A DNA stretch of 64,000 nt. Source: Camelus ferus (lineage: Eukaryota). The position numbers and the translations under genes are program-made. Where the stretch lies: NCBI RefSeq assembly GCF_009834535.1, contig NC_045697.1, forward strand, positions 16,122,001 to 16,186,000, given 5' to 3'. Positions 24,401-38,818 of the stretch are shown here, piece after piece. How positions within the stretch are numbered: position 1 is the stretch's first letter; every line of letters starts with the position of its first letter. The notes below the pieces were generated by a model. It saw only the letters and a program-made list of their open reading frames with translations. It had not been told where the DNA came from and searched no databases.

Positions 24401-27400
24401 AGGTGAGGTCCACTGCTAAGGGTCTCCATAGTTTGTCATAATTATAGTTCTTAAATTGGTTTTAAAAGGTCTTTTTGTTCAAAAATAGAGTATAACATAT
24501 TTAAATATCTCACTTTTGGACTTGGAAGAAATTCAAGCAGACATCATTTGACAAGATGCCTCAGACAATTACAAACTTTAATCTAGCAACTAATTCAATG
24601 TGACTCAACAAATATTTGAAGATCTCTTATGTGGATAGACACTGTGCTAGGCTCTGGGGAAAGGGGGACGGTAAAGATGAATGATGCACGATCCCTACCT
24701 ACAAGGAGCTTAGACTCCAATGACTAAAATAAACACTCACAGAGCAGAGCAAACCATATTCAGATACATAAAGAGCTTCCTCTGGGAAGACAGGAGGCAG
24801 AAACATTATTACTTGGTAAATGCGTGCAGGCATCAACAAAATTACACCATTTGAACTGAGAACATTCTAGAAGACTAGTACTCATATTACAGTCCTGGTC
24901 GTCTGTGGATATCCTTGTCTGAAAAAAGAGAATTTGAACCCTGACCTGACCACTTATTGCATGGCCGTATGTAAACTATTCAGCCACTCTTTGCCATAGT
25001 TTTGTTTTACTCTTTGTCTCTATTTTAATATGAATAATAACATATACCTCATAGGTTGTTGAAAGGGTTAGATAGGATAAATATGGGAAAAGAGCTTTGC
25101 CAATATAGAGGAATTTACACTTTTCAATTGTCACTATTATTCTTTTGGTTAACCTTCACAAATGAAATAAGAAGTAACTTCTTATAGATTACTATAAACA
25201 ACATACTTGGTTACGAGGTAGAATTCGTTAGAATTGCAGTTCTAACATGGACCATTGCCTTCTCATGACTTGTCTCATAGTAGAACAATGGGTAAGCCCA
25301 GGTGGTCCAGTTCCTGGCTATTTTGATGGTGTGATATAAAAGCAATCAGCTGTATTCCTGGAATTTCCTGGAATGTTTCTGAGTTTGAAAGGCGCTAATA
25401 TGGAGGGACAAATTATACCCTAGCACTAGATAAATGCATTTTATATAGCATCTTCCAGAGCTTTGTAAAGTGCTCTACACTGAGAAATGGAACACCATGT
25501 TCCTAATTGCTAATGGAGATACCCAGGCTGGTCCCTGTCCACTTCTCAGTCTGCCGGCTAAACCAGGGTTCTTTTTATTCTTTACATGATGATCATCAGA
25601 AACAAAGGTCTTTTGTGACTTTGTTGAAGATTTGTGACTCTCTGAATTGTGCACATATTACTGAAGTTTGCTTGTCTTCCAAAGTGAGCCTGTGGTATTG
25701 CTCTGAGTCTCAATTATCTCCTCTTGCTGTAGAAGAGAGATGCCAGGTAACATTTCATTGCTTCTTGCCATCTCTCAGATGAATGAAGAACCAGCATCGC
25801 AAAAATGGAATATCAAACTCTTTAATGGGCTTTGAGGGTCACCAGCTGAAATACTACCGAAATCAGCTGGAGGACGATGAGGGTGAATTATAAGAAACGA
25901 GATGACACGCTGACGAGTCCTATCTCCATGAAAACAGATGATTCTGTAGGTTTCTGAACAGATGGACATTCATCTTATATTTTCCTGAGGCTATTGGCAA
26001 GTGGCTTTGGCTGAACAGTTTAAAATAAAGGTGAAAAATCATTCTGGTTCAGTAAAACCTCTCCACCAACCTTTCTTGATCTTCTCTGAAGACTAACTTT
26101 GTGAAAATACAGTGTCAGTCTCACTGGGTCTTGGACCATGGAAGGTCTGGCATAAGCCAGGAGGGTCTCTGATCCCAGGAAATAATATCTACCTGTGAAT
26201 ACCTGGCTTGTGTTCAGTTTTCTTTTAGCTTAATGCTACTGGAATTAAAATCAGCATTGCAGGAATTTCCCTTCTTCTGTTTTCAAACTCATGCAAGTTG
26301 GTCCACTGTAGCTTTTTCTCCTCTCCACAAGTGGCTGGCTAGTTCCAGTTAAAAGAGATAATTTGGTGCCCTCCAGTGGCTCAGCCTGACAGCCTCTCCC
26401 TTGACCTCTCGAGCTCTTTTATGCCTGTGGGAAGGGTGCAGCTTAATCCATCTTTGGCGGGCGACTTGATTGCTTGCCTGTAATGATCACTCTTAGGAAA
26501 GGAATCCATCATCCCCTTAATACTGTGTAGTTCTCAGAGGAGAAGGAATCGGAGAACAAAGACAAACTTCTGTGCTTTTCTTTGTACAAAGAGCTAAAAA
26601 CAATGAAAATCAAGTAAAAAAAAAATCCCAGTCCTTACCACTATCACTTTTAATTATATGGTCTTATATAAAAGCTACTTACCCTTTTGGCCCCCGTGTA
26701 TTCCTGTGGAGTAAAAGCACGGAGCTAGATGATCATTACTACTCAATGATCCTATGGAAGGGGAAAATGTGTCCAGATGACTTTTGCACTTCAACACTTG
26801 GTAGAATGGCTTTTACTGTTTTAATAACTCGATCTGCTTTAAGGGTTTAGAAAAGAAGTTACAAATAAAAAGCCCGCCCAAGTCATGCTTGGTACAAGGG
26901 AGTGTGCGTCTAACATATCCAAAGAGTCTTGTTCCTCCTGCCCTTTAGGATAATTAAATAGTGCCTTGAAAAGTCATCAAGAGAAATCATTCTAATTTCT
27001 TTGTCTGATGAGGATGGAGGCCATAAAACTGCATTTTACAGCACTCAGGTGCTTGGTCCATAGTGATCAATGGCTCATTGAACTAATAAACAAATGAATG
27101 GGAAGAGAATAGGAGCATTGGTCTTAAGCCTTATAATGCATGAGTAGAGAGAGCAACTATATTTATGATATAAGGAGCAAGAAAAAAATCCAGCTAGGCC
27201 TAAAATTATTCTCTTTCTTTCTTGCTCTGAACCCTAACTCAACTTGAATCTTACCACTGGAGATCAACTTACCCCTTAGGGTAACAGTAGTCTGCTTCTT
27301 GTGTTCTTCTTTATGAAGCACTTGTCTGGTAGGAATAACACTTTATGGGTAATAGCAGAAGTTTAATATAAGAGTATTGAATAAATAAAGATATGTATCA

Positions 27401-28181
27401 AGGTAGTGTTAGTCATGAGCATTTTTTTAAAGAAGCGATTTGGAAATTAGTAAACCAGTCCCACAAAGAGATACAAAGTGAGAAGAAACTGGTGATAGTG
27501 CTGCAGTGGTGGTTGTAGTGGTGGGGGCTTGGTGGTGGTGGCTGTAGTCCCCCAGAACATGAAACTTCATTTAAGGCAAGCAGTTCTATTTGGAACTTTA
27601 AAATGGGGACATTGGTTAGGCAGGAGAATACACTTTTACTCTAGACTTTTGCTTCGTAATACGGTAGTCACTATCCACATGTGGCTATTGGTCACTGAAA
27701 CACAATTCGTCCAAATTGAGAAGGCTAGTCCAAATTAAGATGAGCTCTTATAGTATAAACTATACACTTGGTTTTGAAGACCTGGATTTAGCAACAGTGA
27801 GAAGTCATTGGATTCTGAGTATATATTGAAGTTGACACCCACAGGATTTGTTGGCAGATTGAATGTGGGATCTGAGAAGTCGGAGTCAAGAATGACTCCA
27901 AGGGTGGATTTACTATTAATTGAGGTGAGGGAGTGTACTCTGGAGGAGATATGAAGAAAGCCAGGCTCAAAGATGTTAAATGATTCCTCCAAGGTCATGC
28001 TGGTAAGTCATAGAGAAACAGAATTATTCAGGCAGATATGGAACTCAGAGATTTGCTGTTTCATCTTTTTATTTCATAGATGAAAAATTTGGGGTCTAGT
28101 GAAGAGAAGGGACTTGATCAATGTCACACAGCAAATGAAGAACAGAACTTCTAAGATAGATTTCTTGAGTGATACACTAGT

Positions 28182-28182
<1 letters not shown>

Positions 28183-28220
<38 letters not shown>
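28183..28220. repeat. Poly-T tract
   Basis: Directly visible. Confidence 0.95.
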
Positions 28221-28222
<2 letters not shown>

Positions 28223-28769
28223 CATTGCACTACTGCTAAAAATCAAAATAAGACTAGGTTTAACTGTGTCTTTAAATACATGGGGAAAGAAGAAATGTTG
28301 GAGATACTTTTAGGGAGAACCTTAAAAACCTCTATGTAAAGCAAATCTCAGACTCTGGTTGTTTATACTAGCTAGCTAACTGGCTACCCTACTTGAATTT
28401 GGGATAAGTGAATTTCTCCATCTTTAATACCTAAAATCAAGGAGGACAATGATAACTATTTCTTGGGGGGAAAAGTCTCCATCGAGAGCCACAAATTTCA
28501 TCCTCTGCTCTAAAAACTCTCATGGCTTACATCAAAGCAAGGAAGACAGATGAAATATAATAGATCATAGACTACAAAGACATTTAATTTTTTTTAAAGC
28601 TAGAATGGGATCTCAGTATATATTAAAGTGAATATGATTATTTATCTGCTTGAATTTAAGACCTAGATGTATGATTGTCCTTTCATTTGTCCCCTTATCC
28701 CCATTGAATTTTTTCATAAAAAAGTCAAACCAGTGTGGTGTTTAGTGTTTTGTTTGTTTGTTTGTGATG

Positions 28770-29932
28770 CTTGTTAGTCAGCTATTGCCACAATAATGCT
28801 GCATAACAAATCACCTCAAAGATTCAGTGGCCTACTGTGTAATAAAGAATTTGACTGGCCTTTGTCCCCAGTTCCTAGGAGATAGCTTCTAAATTCTTGC
28901 AATCTCCTGAGTGGTAAGAGTGTCTTTGTTATTCATGGAAGGTCCTGGTAGTTTATGCTAACTCAGGATTGGGAGCTGATCATGCCAGAAAGACCAAACA
29001 TGTGATTAGAGGGTGGGAGAAGCCACGTGATACCATCTGGACTTCTGGGGAGAGGAGAGAGACTGGAAAGTGAGACACATAGGCCATGATTCAGTCAATC
29101 ATGACTACATGGTCACCGTAGCTTGCATGAGTCCCCTGATTGGCAATGTCCTGAGTATTGTAAAATGTCTGTGTGCCATTCCAACTCCATGGGGAGAGGA
29201 GATGATGGACATTTCATGTTTGGAAGCCTCCCAGACCATGGTCCTATGCATCAGTCCCTTTGACTAGTTCTGATTTGTATTCTTTTGCTATAAAAAAAAA
29301 ACTGTAACCATAAGTATAGTGCTTTCTTGAGTTCTATGAGGAATCTCAGTCAAGTATTGAACCTGAGGAAGTAGTGGGAATCATCAGATTTATAACCAGT
29401 TGATCAGAAGTGAGGGTGTTCTGGGGACCCTCAAATTTGTGGCTTGTGTCTAACATGGCAGTCTTAAGAAGGATCATGTCCTTAACCTGTGACATTTGGC
29501 CTAATTATAGGTAATTGATGTCAGAAGTCATTGCACTTACAAGCATTTTCATTTCCTGTTAATCGTGCATCTGAGGGTCAGTTGGGACAGACAGCTCTGC
29601 TTCAGACTGTGGATTGTTCAGATCAAAGTGGCAGATCTGATCCATGTGCCTCATTCTGGATTTCATGCTAGAGGGCATTGAATACCTAAAGTATGTTCTC
29701 CTCGTGGTGATGACAAAAGTACAAGAGAATAAGCCCAATTGCACAAGAACATTTTAAACATTACTTGTATCACATCTAATAACATCCCATTGGCCAAAAC
29801 AATGTGAACAATCTATATGTTAATGGGTGGGATATACACTCAAAGCTATGGTGAAGCCATGGCAAGGATGTGGATATGTAATTCTGCTATGAGGAGAATG
29901 AGGAATTAAGACCATTTTTCAATATTCCACAC
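28770..29932 (-). mobile_element. Old MLT1 LTR split by a younger LTR
   Basis: agtcagctattgccacaataatgctgcataacaaa at 28776; resumes after 29536 (acatcccattggccaaa). Confidence 0.75.
28836..29535 (+). mobile_element. ERVL LTR (MER77/MER21 group)
   Basis: tgtgtaataaagaa...cattgca, TG..CA ends, TSD cctac/cttac. Confidence 0.8.
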
Positions 29933-31699
29933 ATTTACGGCAGTCGGGGGGAGGGCAGGTGTCATAGGGAGAGGAAGCCTGCATTTCATACTCAGAACAA
30001 ACTCCCTCCAAAGCTGTGTTGTCTGATAGTTCTGATCTCAAGCTTTCCTTCTCTCAAGGCACTGCACATGTCTCTTCTTAGGACTTCTCTCCCACAGTGC
30101 TCAGGGTCTCATTTGCTGCCCTGAGAAACTCTCTTCTTTCAAAATGCATATTTCAAAATAAGAGCAATAACAACAATAAAGACTCAAAGCTCTAGTGCCT
30201 ACAGGACTCATCTTTCTTTAGGTGCAGTTTTGTCATCATCTTGTGGTGGTTGTTGATTATCAATTGTTATTCATATGACCTACAGGAAGTACATAACAAT
30301 CCTGTGCCTTGGTTTTCTTCTCTGTAAAATCGACATAATATTACTTTTCTCACAGGTTTGAAGTGACAATCCAGTGAGATAGTACACTTAAATTCTTAGA
30401 ACAATGACTGAAACAGAGCAAGGACTTAATAACAAAAAAAAAGAAGTAAAATTTCCATAGACTTTGTTATGTGTTAGACATTCTTCTAAGTCCTTTACAT
30501 GCATGAATTCATTTAATCCTAAAAATAACACTATGAAATAAGTATTTTGCATTTTGATTTTTTTGCCCTAACTTTACACAGGGTGAAATTGAAGGCCAGA
30601 GAGATTTAGTTATTGGCTTAAGTCACAGTCTGCAGGAGGCAGAGATGGAAATTGAACTCAAGCAGTTAGGTACCTGTATCCACACTCTTAACCTCTATAT
30701 ACTATGGCATCACCTCAAGAGCTCAATAAATGTTTGTTGTTGTTGCAGTTGTTTTTACTTGAGCATGGCCTTTAGATCTTGCCCCTGCATGAAGAGGCTT
30801 ATAAAGGATGTTCTTTCAAGCACATTCAATGATATTCTTAAGAATACAGTAGGTAAATATAGTTTTTTCTCATCTTTTTACATCTATTTATTTCTACTCC
30901 ACTTGTTTATAAGCAGGATGCCTTTGAATATAAAAACATATAATATGACATGAAAAAATAAAAAAAATCTTTGGCATAGAAAAGGGCTATTTTTTCTTAG
31001 TGATAAATGAGAAAGTCCTTACATGAGCTCTCAAAAGGGGGATTTGTGTGATTTCTTACAATATGTTGTCAATGACACAGTGGTACAAAAACAGTGCCAA
31101 GTAGCAATTAAACTTTTCTTATAGTGTCTCTCAACCCAACCCTCTGGCAAAATGCCAAACACGTAATGTAAGAAAAATTCTTTGAGAGGCCAAATCTTAG
31201 CAGAGGATTGTGAAGCCTAGTAACCCAGCCTGAAGCATCTAGCAGCAACTATCCTCAAGTTCCAAATGTAATTATAAAGTAGTATGATTTATTTTTTAAT
31301 AAGGATATTGGAATTGTGCATCCAAATGAATGCTATCATTCCAAGTCATCATCTTGGGAGGTTGTGAATGTGAGCTAATGATGAAACTGTGTTTCAGAAC
31401 TTTCTGAAAATCTGAGTTCAGTGCCAGCTTCAGGAATCAAGTCTCACTCTTGTTGTCCTAAATTGCATCACTTAATTTTGTCACCAGCCACGTGACCCAC
31501 CATACTCACCTCACCCGAAGAGTTACAAATATCTTTGGCTGTTTCAGTATATCAAAGCATCCTCAAAAAAGGTAGATTTGCTACCAATAAACATCAAAAT
31601 GACCTGGCTGGAGTTTTAGTGTATCAATATATAACATCCTTATCTTCTATTGCTGAATTTGGAAACAACTTAGAGACAGATGTAGGAGTTACATAGAGA

Positions 31700-34300
31700 G
31701 CGACTTACCACATTTACAGTGTTAATGCTGATTGAAATCTCTGACTTGAGATCTCTGGAAATGTAGACTTGCTGATCCATCAACTTTGGTATGAGACAGA
31801 ATGATCCACCCAATCCTTGACTGATGGGGTAGAAACAGAAATCTGGTGCAGGAGCAGGTCCCTCACACACAATGACAAGATCTTTATGAACATCTTAGGA
31901 TGCCCTGCAGTAATGGAGGGAGGAGAGAGAAGAATAGGACGACAGTCCCCCTGGCCTCCAGGTTTTTATTACATTCATTACAACTAAATGGGAAACATGG
32001 ACCAGTTAATGGCACCTAACAAACAAGGAACTCATCCCTCCTCCTAAGAGACACTGCATTGAGGTAAACAGCCAGAATTTGACTCTAGCTGACATTGCTT
32101 CATGGAAACACAAGGCCAAGGAAAAAGAGGGGATCCCCTAACTAATACCCCAAAAACTCTGAATGCAGAAAGAAAAGGCTCCAGTTCTGGAATGAGTATA
32201 TACAGTCTCAGGTGACCATTCTAAAGAGAATAAATGTATATGATTGAATAGAGTTTAGCATTTTAGTCAAGTAATGAGGGCAATGGCTTTATAGAATCTG
32301 TTTACAAAATATACTGCATCCTATGTGTGTACCACAGGTTTGCAAGAAGTTTATGCACAAAACTTGCAAGTTAGTTTGTGCTATAGTTGTGCAGGACCTA
32401 AAATGATACTCCAGCAGAAAGGGGTTCTGAGCACCTGAAAAAAATCTCAGGTGTTCACCCTCAGACATATGCTGGGCTAATCACATCAGGACACAAAATC
32501 GTGACTCTAGAATGTATCAGAAATACGCAGAGAGATTCCCTAGTCAGCTAAAATAAAGGCTGGCAGGCCTAAAAATGTTTGTTTTTAACCCCACGGACAA
32601 GGTTATTGCACATTACATAATTATTTATGAGCATTCAAAATAATTATAAACGTAAAGTTATAAAGAGAGGAAGAAAACGTGAGAAATTATGAGCAAAGTT
32701 ATCATCTACTTTGTATAAAAGTTTTCAATCCATCCCAAATGGATAGACAAACTTGATTAACCCTAGCAAATATTTATCTATATCAACATACAGTAACTAG
32801 AAAAATGTAATTCTGGAATTGGATATTGTTTAATAAACTGATTAAGCACATGGAATATGTATTCTAAATTGACTTCTGGCAGTTGATTTAAGATATATCT
32901 TAGTGCTGACAAATATTATAGTATTTCTTGGTATTTAGAAATCAGTTTACTGACCATCTCCTAATTATCTTCAGTCCCTCTTTCCAGCAACTGTTTCCCA
33001 CTCTTTTTACCCCCATTCTACTGTTTCCATGTAACCAAACCAATACGAGCTCCTTTCCACTTCTAATTTAGTCCTATATAGTCAGATACGGTGTTGGGCT
33101 CTATTTAGGTGATATAGACCTGACTCTGAAACAGGCTTTTCCTTTAGTGAGATTATATCTAGAAAGAACAGAAACTGTGCTGTGGGAATTCAGAGATGGA
33201 GGTGGTCATTTCCATCTGGCAACATCAAGGAGGATTTCATGGAAGAAGTCACGTTTGAGCTGGGTCTTAAATAAGCAAGATCTGAGCATGAAGAGATGGG
33301 GACAGGAAGGTAGAGCAAATAGAATGTTTGGAAATAAACCTAAGCAAACTTATGTTTGGAAATAAAAAATTGTAGGGAATTTCCTAAGATTAGGGAATAA
33401 TTGGTTTGTCAAAGGGTAAAGTGAGAAATACAATTGAAAAGAGCGTAGGGTCAGGTTTTAGATGATGCTGAATGCTTAACAAATAACCAGAATTAGTAAG
33501 AACCATTGAGCATAATCAAGTAGGAGACCAGATGAGTGTGGTCAGGGTAAACCTGTGGTCCACGGAGAATAATCAAGCATCAACAGGCAAAATGCATGGA
33601 GTATCTAAAGACTAAAAATGAAGGGGAGTATTTGGAGGCTGCTGCAAATGTCAAGTTAAAGATAATATTCTTAGCTTTTACTCAGAACTCTTTTTCTCCA
33701 CCTGTGGTTTGCTTTGCCCAGCATATGATAACACTCCGAATTCTTCTCTGACTCAGCTCCTTTATGCCTCTCCTTCAACATAATTCAGATCTTCACTGAC
33801 TTCAATGTACATTGTTAGCCATCTGTGTATTGAGATCCCCCTCTACCTGACATGCTTGTGTGCACACACATCCGCGTATGTATGCACATATCCAGTTTCC
33901 TTCTGGTCCTGTGAATTTCTCCAAGAAAACAAGCAAGCACTTATTCTGTTAAAGCATGCTTTGAATCAGACCTATGTTCTTTGTTTTCATCTTTATAAAT
34001 TGCGAAGTTTTTCTTTCACTAGTTTTTCCTCATCTGGTGCCCCTTCCTTCCTCTGTGTTTGAAATCCATGACACATGGAAGTGACACAGAATGCCAAGTA
34101 TAGGTCAAAAGACATCCTTATGAAAAACAAGATAGAGTCTGTGCTTAATGCAAGGTAGTTTAGTGTTTCAAGTGACACATTTTTATTTTGTGGTGGAGAG
34201 ATGATATGAAATGTCTCTTGAATCTCTAACTTCCATTCAAAGGATTTGATCATAAGAAAAGTGTCCAATTCTAGTTTTCTTGAAGGAAAAGCCATGTCTA
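31700..34300 (-). mobile_element. CR1/L3-like LINE fossil (tether and RT), interrupted by L2 at ~33060-33660
   Basis: 34300-33680: EEKLVKEKLRNL, FSWRN, PEGNWICAYI (cf. PEDWRxANV), VKI*IMLKER. 31904-31709: APDFCFY, CLIPKLMD (cf. GPxLFxIF, ISKFADD). Confidence 0.55.
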
Positions 34301-35829
34301 TATATCTTTATATTTCCAGGGTTGAGCACAGGGCCTGGTACACAGTAGGTATCCTCCAAACACTGCTGAGTGAATGAATGAATGAATTATTATTTTGGAA
34401 ATATTTCAACATTATAAAAATAGCATTTTGTTGGATTATTTATACTTTGGCTTGAGCCATACAATCTTACCAATTATCTATGTTTTATCCTCTCATTATC
34501 TCAAACCATTTATTCACTCCTTTCCTTTGCTTTTCTGTCTCCCTCAATTTTCCACTTCCCCTTTAAAGAGCATGATGAATATTAATTATGTTTTAATATA
34601 CAAAAATAGCACCCTCAGTGCCTTTGAATTTCTTTGACTTGTCCTTACTCTTTCCTGTGTCTCTTGATTTCCCATTATTTTATGTGAAGCTAAATCGATG
34701 AGCCCCCTTTTCTCATTTTATCTTCTCACTCTGTGCCTTTGCAACTGCCTTTTCTTCCACTTTGCTTTAACTATTCTTTCTCATTGTCTTCAAATTGTTT
34801 GTGGTCATATTTGTCACTTTATACAGGTAGCATCTAAATGCAAATATTCTCCCAGAAAAATTACAGAGTGGCAGGGGAAAATAATGCTTTGAAATAAACA
34901 CTGTATATTCAACTGGTTTCCAAATCAGCACCAGCTAAACAAATGCCTAATAGCAGTCCTTAGAGAGGGAAGATTAGTATGTTTTGAAATCAGAAGTTAT
35001 CCTTTTCTCTTTCTCTAGCTTCCCTTTCCTCTTTCCCTTTCTTTTACAACATCATAAAGGATTATTGCAAATGACAAAGGAGATTTTAGTTGAAACTTTT
35101 GGATTCTTATCTCAGACTGCATGTGTGTCTTTAGACAAATAGATAAAGAAATGGAATCTTGGAGGGGAAAACATCAATTTGACTTGCAAGTAAGTCATTT
35201 TAGACCAAAGAAATGAAGATTTTGTATGCCATCCAGTATTTTTGTCATGCATGTGGCTCATAAAAATATTCTTTAAAGATCGAAAACCATGAGAATAATG
35301 AGCCACCCTTGGCTAAGGTGAACCTCTGGTTAGTTAATGATGGAGCCAGGATTGAGTAAAATTGGAATGGAATTCTCCCTGTGTTCAGAGCACAGGTTTG
35401 GAGACATCAAACTAATTCAAATATCTTTTGACATTTACTTGCCCTGTGGCTTTAGGCAAGATATTTGATCCCCAATTTCCTCATCTGGAAAATGGGGTGA
35501 AATCTGATGACCTCAAAGGGGTTATGAGAATGAAATGAAGCATTGCCTACAGAGGGCTTATAAGAGTGTCTAATACTCCTTGGAGCTGTAACTTGTAATA
35601 GGTGCATGACCACTATTACGGATGATAATATACACGTAATAGTTCTCAGTCCTCACTCTGCTTGAATATGCAGTGATCTTTCTCACATTTTTGCCTTTAC
35701 ACATGCAACTCTCTTTTCCTAAAATACTCTCCCCTGAGTTTATCATTTAACATAGCAACCTTTTATTCACCCTTCAAAACCCATCAGTTCATAGACATCT
35801 CTTCAGCAAGTTTGCCGAACTGATTACTG

Positions 35830-36230
35830 CATTCATTGAATCATTCAGCCAATATTTATCCAGTGCTTTCTACGTCCAGGCACTGTTCTAGCAAATATGG
35901 AAATGATTGTGCACAAAACTAAAACAAAAAACAAAAAGCAAAAAAAAAAATCCTGCCTCATGGAGCTTACATTCCAGTAGGGGACGTGAACTATAATAAA
36001 AAATAAATAAGTGAAATATACAGAATGAAAGATTGACTATCAGTGCTATGGAGAAAATAGAGCAGGAAAGAGTACAGGATGCTAAGGCTGGAGGGATGGG
36101 CAGTTTCAATTTAGATAGGTTGATCAGCAAAGACATCCAAACAAAGATGTGGAGGAAGAGAAAGAATGAACCACTTGGAAACTTGGGGAAAAATGTTCCA
36201 GACAGAGAAACAGTAAATGCAAAGGCTTCA
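35830..36230 (-). mobile_element. L2a-type 3' end
   Basis: cattcattgaatcattcagccaatatttat...ccaggcactgttctag...cctgcctcatggagcttacattc. Confidence 0.85.
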
Positions 36231-38818
36231 GGGAACCACTTTTTATTTATGTTATGTCTGTACTGTATCTACTTCTATTAATGCATTGATTAAAATTATT
36301 GATTATTAAAAATTTAAATATATTTTATATTTTTAAAAGTATATATTTTAAAATTATGTATTCAGGTGTCTAAGGCTATGAAGGCAGGGATCGTCTCTAA
36401 TGGATCTCTATTTTTATTATGTGGTGTGGGGTCTGGTCTTCAGCAGGTGCTCAAAAATGTCCATTCACTCAAGTTTAACAATGACGCTAATCTTCCTGGA
36501 CAGAGTGGATGCAGCGTTTCAATCGCTTGCCAGTCAGGTCAGGAGGTTTTGTCACGAGGAGGTATTATACTGTGGATTTTGAAGAGGTGGACATACTCCT
36601 TTGGGTTCTCTTGCATTATCTCCCCTCTTTTGTGAGATAGCTTCTTCGGAGTTTATTCTCTGATCAGGAAGAAAGGTATTTGGGATGCAGTGGCAGAGTA
36701 AGCACCTGATAGACTTTAGCCTTTTTTTATAGCAGTTCTCACTAGGTCCCCTGTTCGCAGTAATTAAATTGAAGGCATGGCCTCTTAAGCATGAAAGGGA
36801 CCTAGTAGCAGCTAGTTCAAGGTGTCATGAACCCTCATCCCTGCAGAGTCAGGCAGGTGACATAGAGGGATGGTAGGAATGGGATTCTGGCTAATGGAGA
36901 GTGACATGTAGGAATTGGATTCTGGCTAAAGGCAAGTGTAATTCAAATCCAGACATTTGGCCTCATGCTGAAATGAAGGTTGAGTATCTTTAAGGTGTTC
37001 TAAAGCAGCTGTAAATCTATATGTTGTGTAAAAACTCCTAATTTTTCAATGTTGGTAACAAGTTTAATTAAAAAAAATGTATGCCAAAACAAAATGTCAA
37101 ACAAAATATGTTTAGGTCCCGAAGTCAGTCATTTTGCGTCTCATATTTAATTAAACTCCCCCATTTTATTGGTAGGGAAAATAAGATGTCGAAAAACCAA
37201 ACATCCTGCTCAGTCACAGAGCTAGGGCAGAGGCAGAGTGAGAACCAGAAGCTCCCCAAATCCAGGCCATCGTGGACATCATTTCATGTCCTCAAATGCT
37301 GATCCTATCTACTTGCTTTAAAATAAACACACAGCTCTGATACTCAAATGCATTCGTAAACATCACTTATCCTTTTACTTTCAGTTTGTTTGAAGACTTA
37401 GTGTAGAAACAGCTTCTGTTACATCAAAGATCAAAACATCAGGATTTGGAACATTATGTGCTCATTAGGGTTAGTGTCAAACTTATCTCCCAGGCTCACA
37501 CCTACCTGCCATTGAAGGGAAAACATCTCATCAACTATTTATGGAAGACCCCAGGGGCTTCCTCTTGAGAGAACCTGAACGTGTAATTTTCACCACTGCG
37601 TGGCAACTGCCACATTTCCTCCACCTCTGTCTCTGCTCTCAAACAACCCTTTAATAGTCACTGGTATTAACACTGATGTGTCTGACCCACCAAATTCACT
37701 AGTCTTATATTAGCTCCCTTAATTTTGCTTTAGACAGGTGCCTTTACAATTACAGCTTACCGTGGAAAAGGGGAGAATCCAGCCCCTATTCATACACTTC
37801 ATCATGTCATTTTTTTGTAATGATGATCCCAAGGAAATCTTTGTTGCACTCTCATTGTTTCAGAAAATTGTGTGTGTGTGTATATATGCATGGATGTGTG
37901 TGTAACAGAGATGGAGAGACAGAGATTGATCTTTAAGTTTTAATTTATAGACAAACTTGTTTTCAAAGGATAATTTAGTGTTATGAGAAAATAATGATGA
38001 CAAGATACCAAATACTAATTGAACATTTTTCAATAATTTCAAATTTTGTAATAGGAAAATATTTATTAGAAGTTAATTGTTTAATTAATTTGATAATGTA
38101 ATGCATTTCTTGGTCCATCTTAAAAAGTTATTTTTTAAAAATATAATTTACATTACTAAAATTTACCCTCTTAAAGTAGACATTTGATGAGTTTTGACAG
38201 ATGTCAACAATCTGTAACTACAATCACAATAAAGATATGGAAATTTTTCTTCCCCTTAGAAATTCCCTGGAATCCTTTTGTAGTCTATCTCCTCCTCTCA
38301 CCTCAGTCTCTGGCAACCAGTGATATATTTTTTATTCCTATAGTTTTGTCCTTCCCAGAATGTCAAATAAATGAACTCATGCAATATGCAGTCATTCACA
38401 GATGTCTTTTTTCACATAACAAATGCTTTAGAGACTCATCCACAATGTTGTATTATCAGTAGCTTGCTCCTTCTACTGTAGAGTAGCATTTTATTGTATC
38501 ATTATACCTCAATTGATTTATCCATTTACCAGTTACCAGTTAATAGAAATTTGAGTTGTTTGCAGTAGTTGGCTATTATGAATATCACTATTATGTGCAT
38601 TTGCTGGCAGGTCTTTGTGTGGACAAGTGTTATCTTATCTGTTGGAGTAGGATTGCTGGATTATATGATAAATGTATGTTTAATTGATAAGAAATGGCCA
38701 CACTATTTTCCAAAGTGGCTGTATCATTTTACATTTCCACCAGCTAGGTATGTGACTTGGAATTGATCCACAAATTTACCCACATTTAGTATTATTGGTC
38801 TTTTTGCTTTTATGTATT

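Noticed and set aside
36873..36940. ~35-bp tandem duplication (gtaggaat.ggattctggctaa)
   Set aside because: Only two copies with no spacer structure; ordinary slippage, not CRISPR-like.
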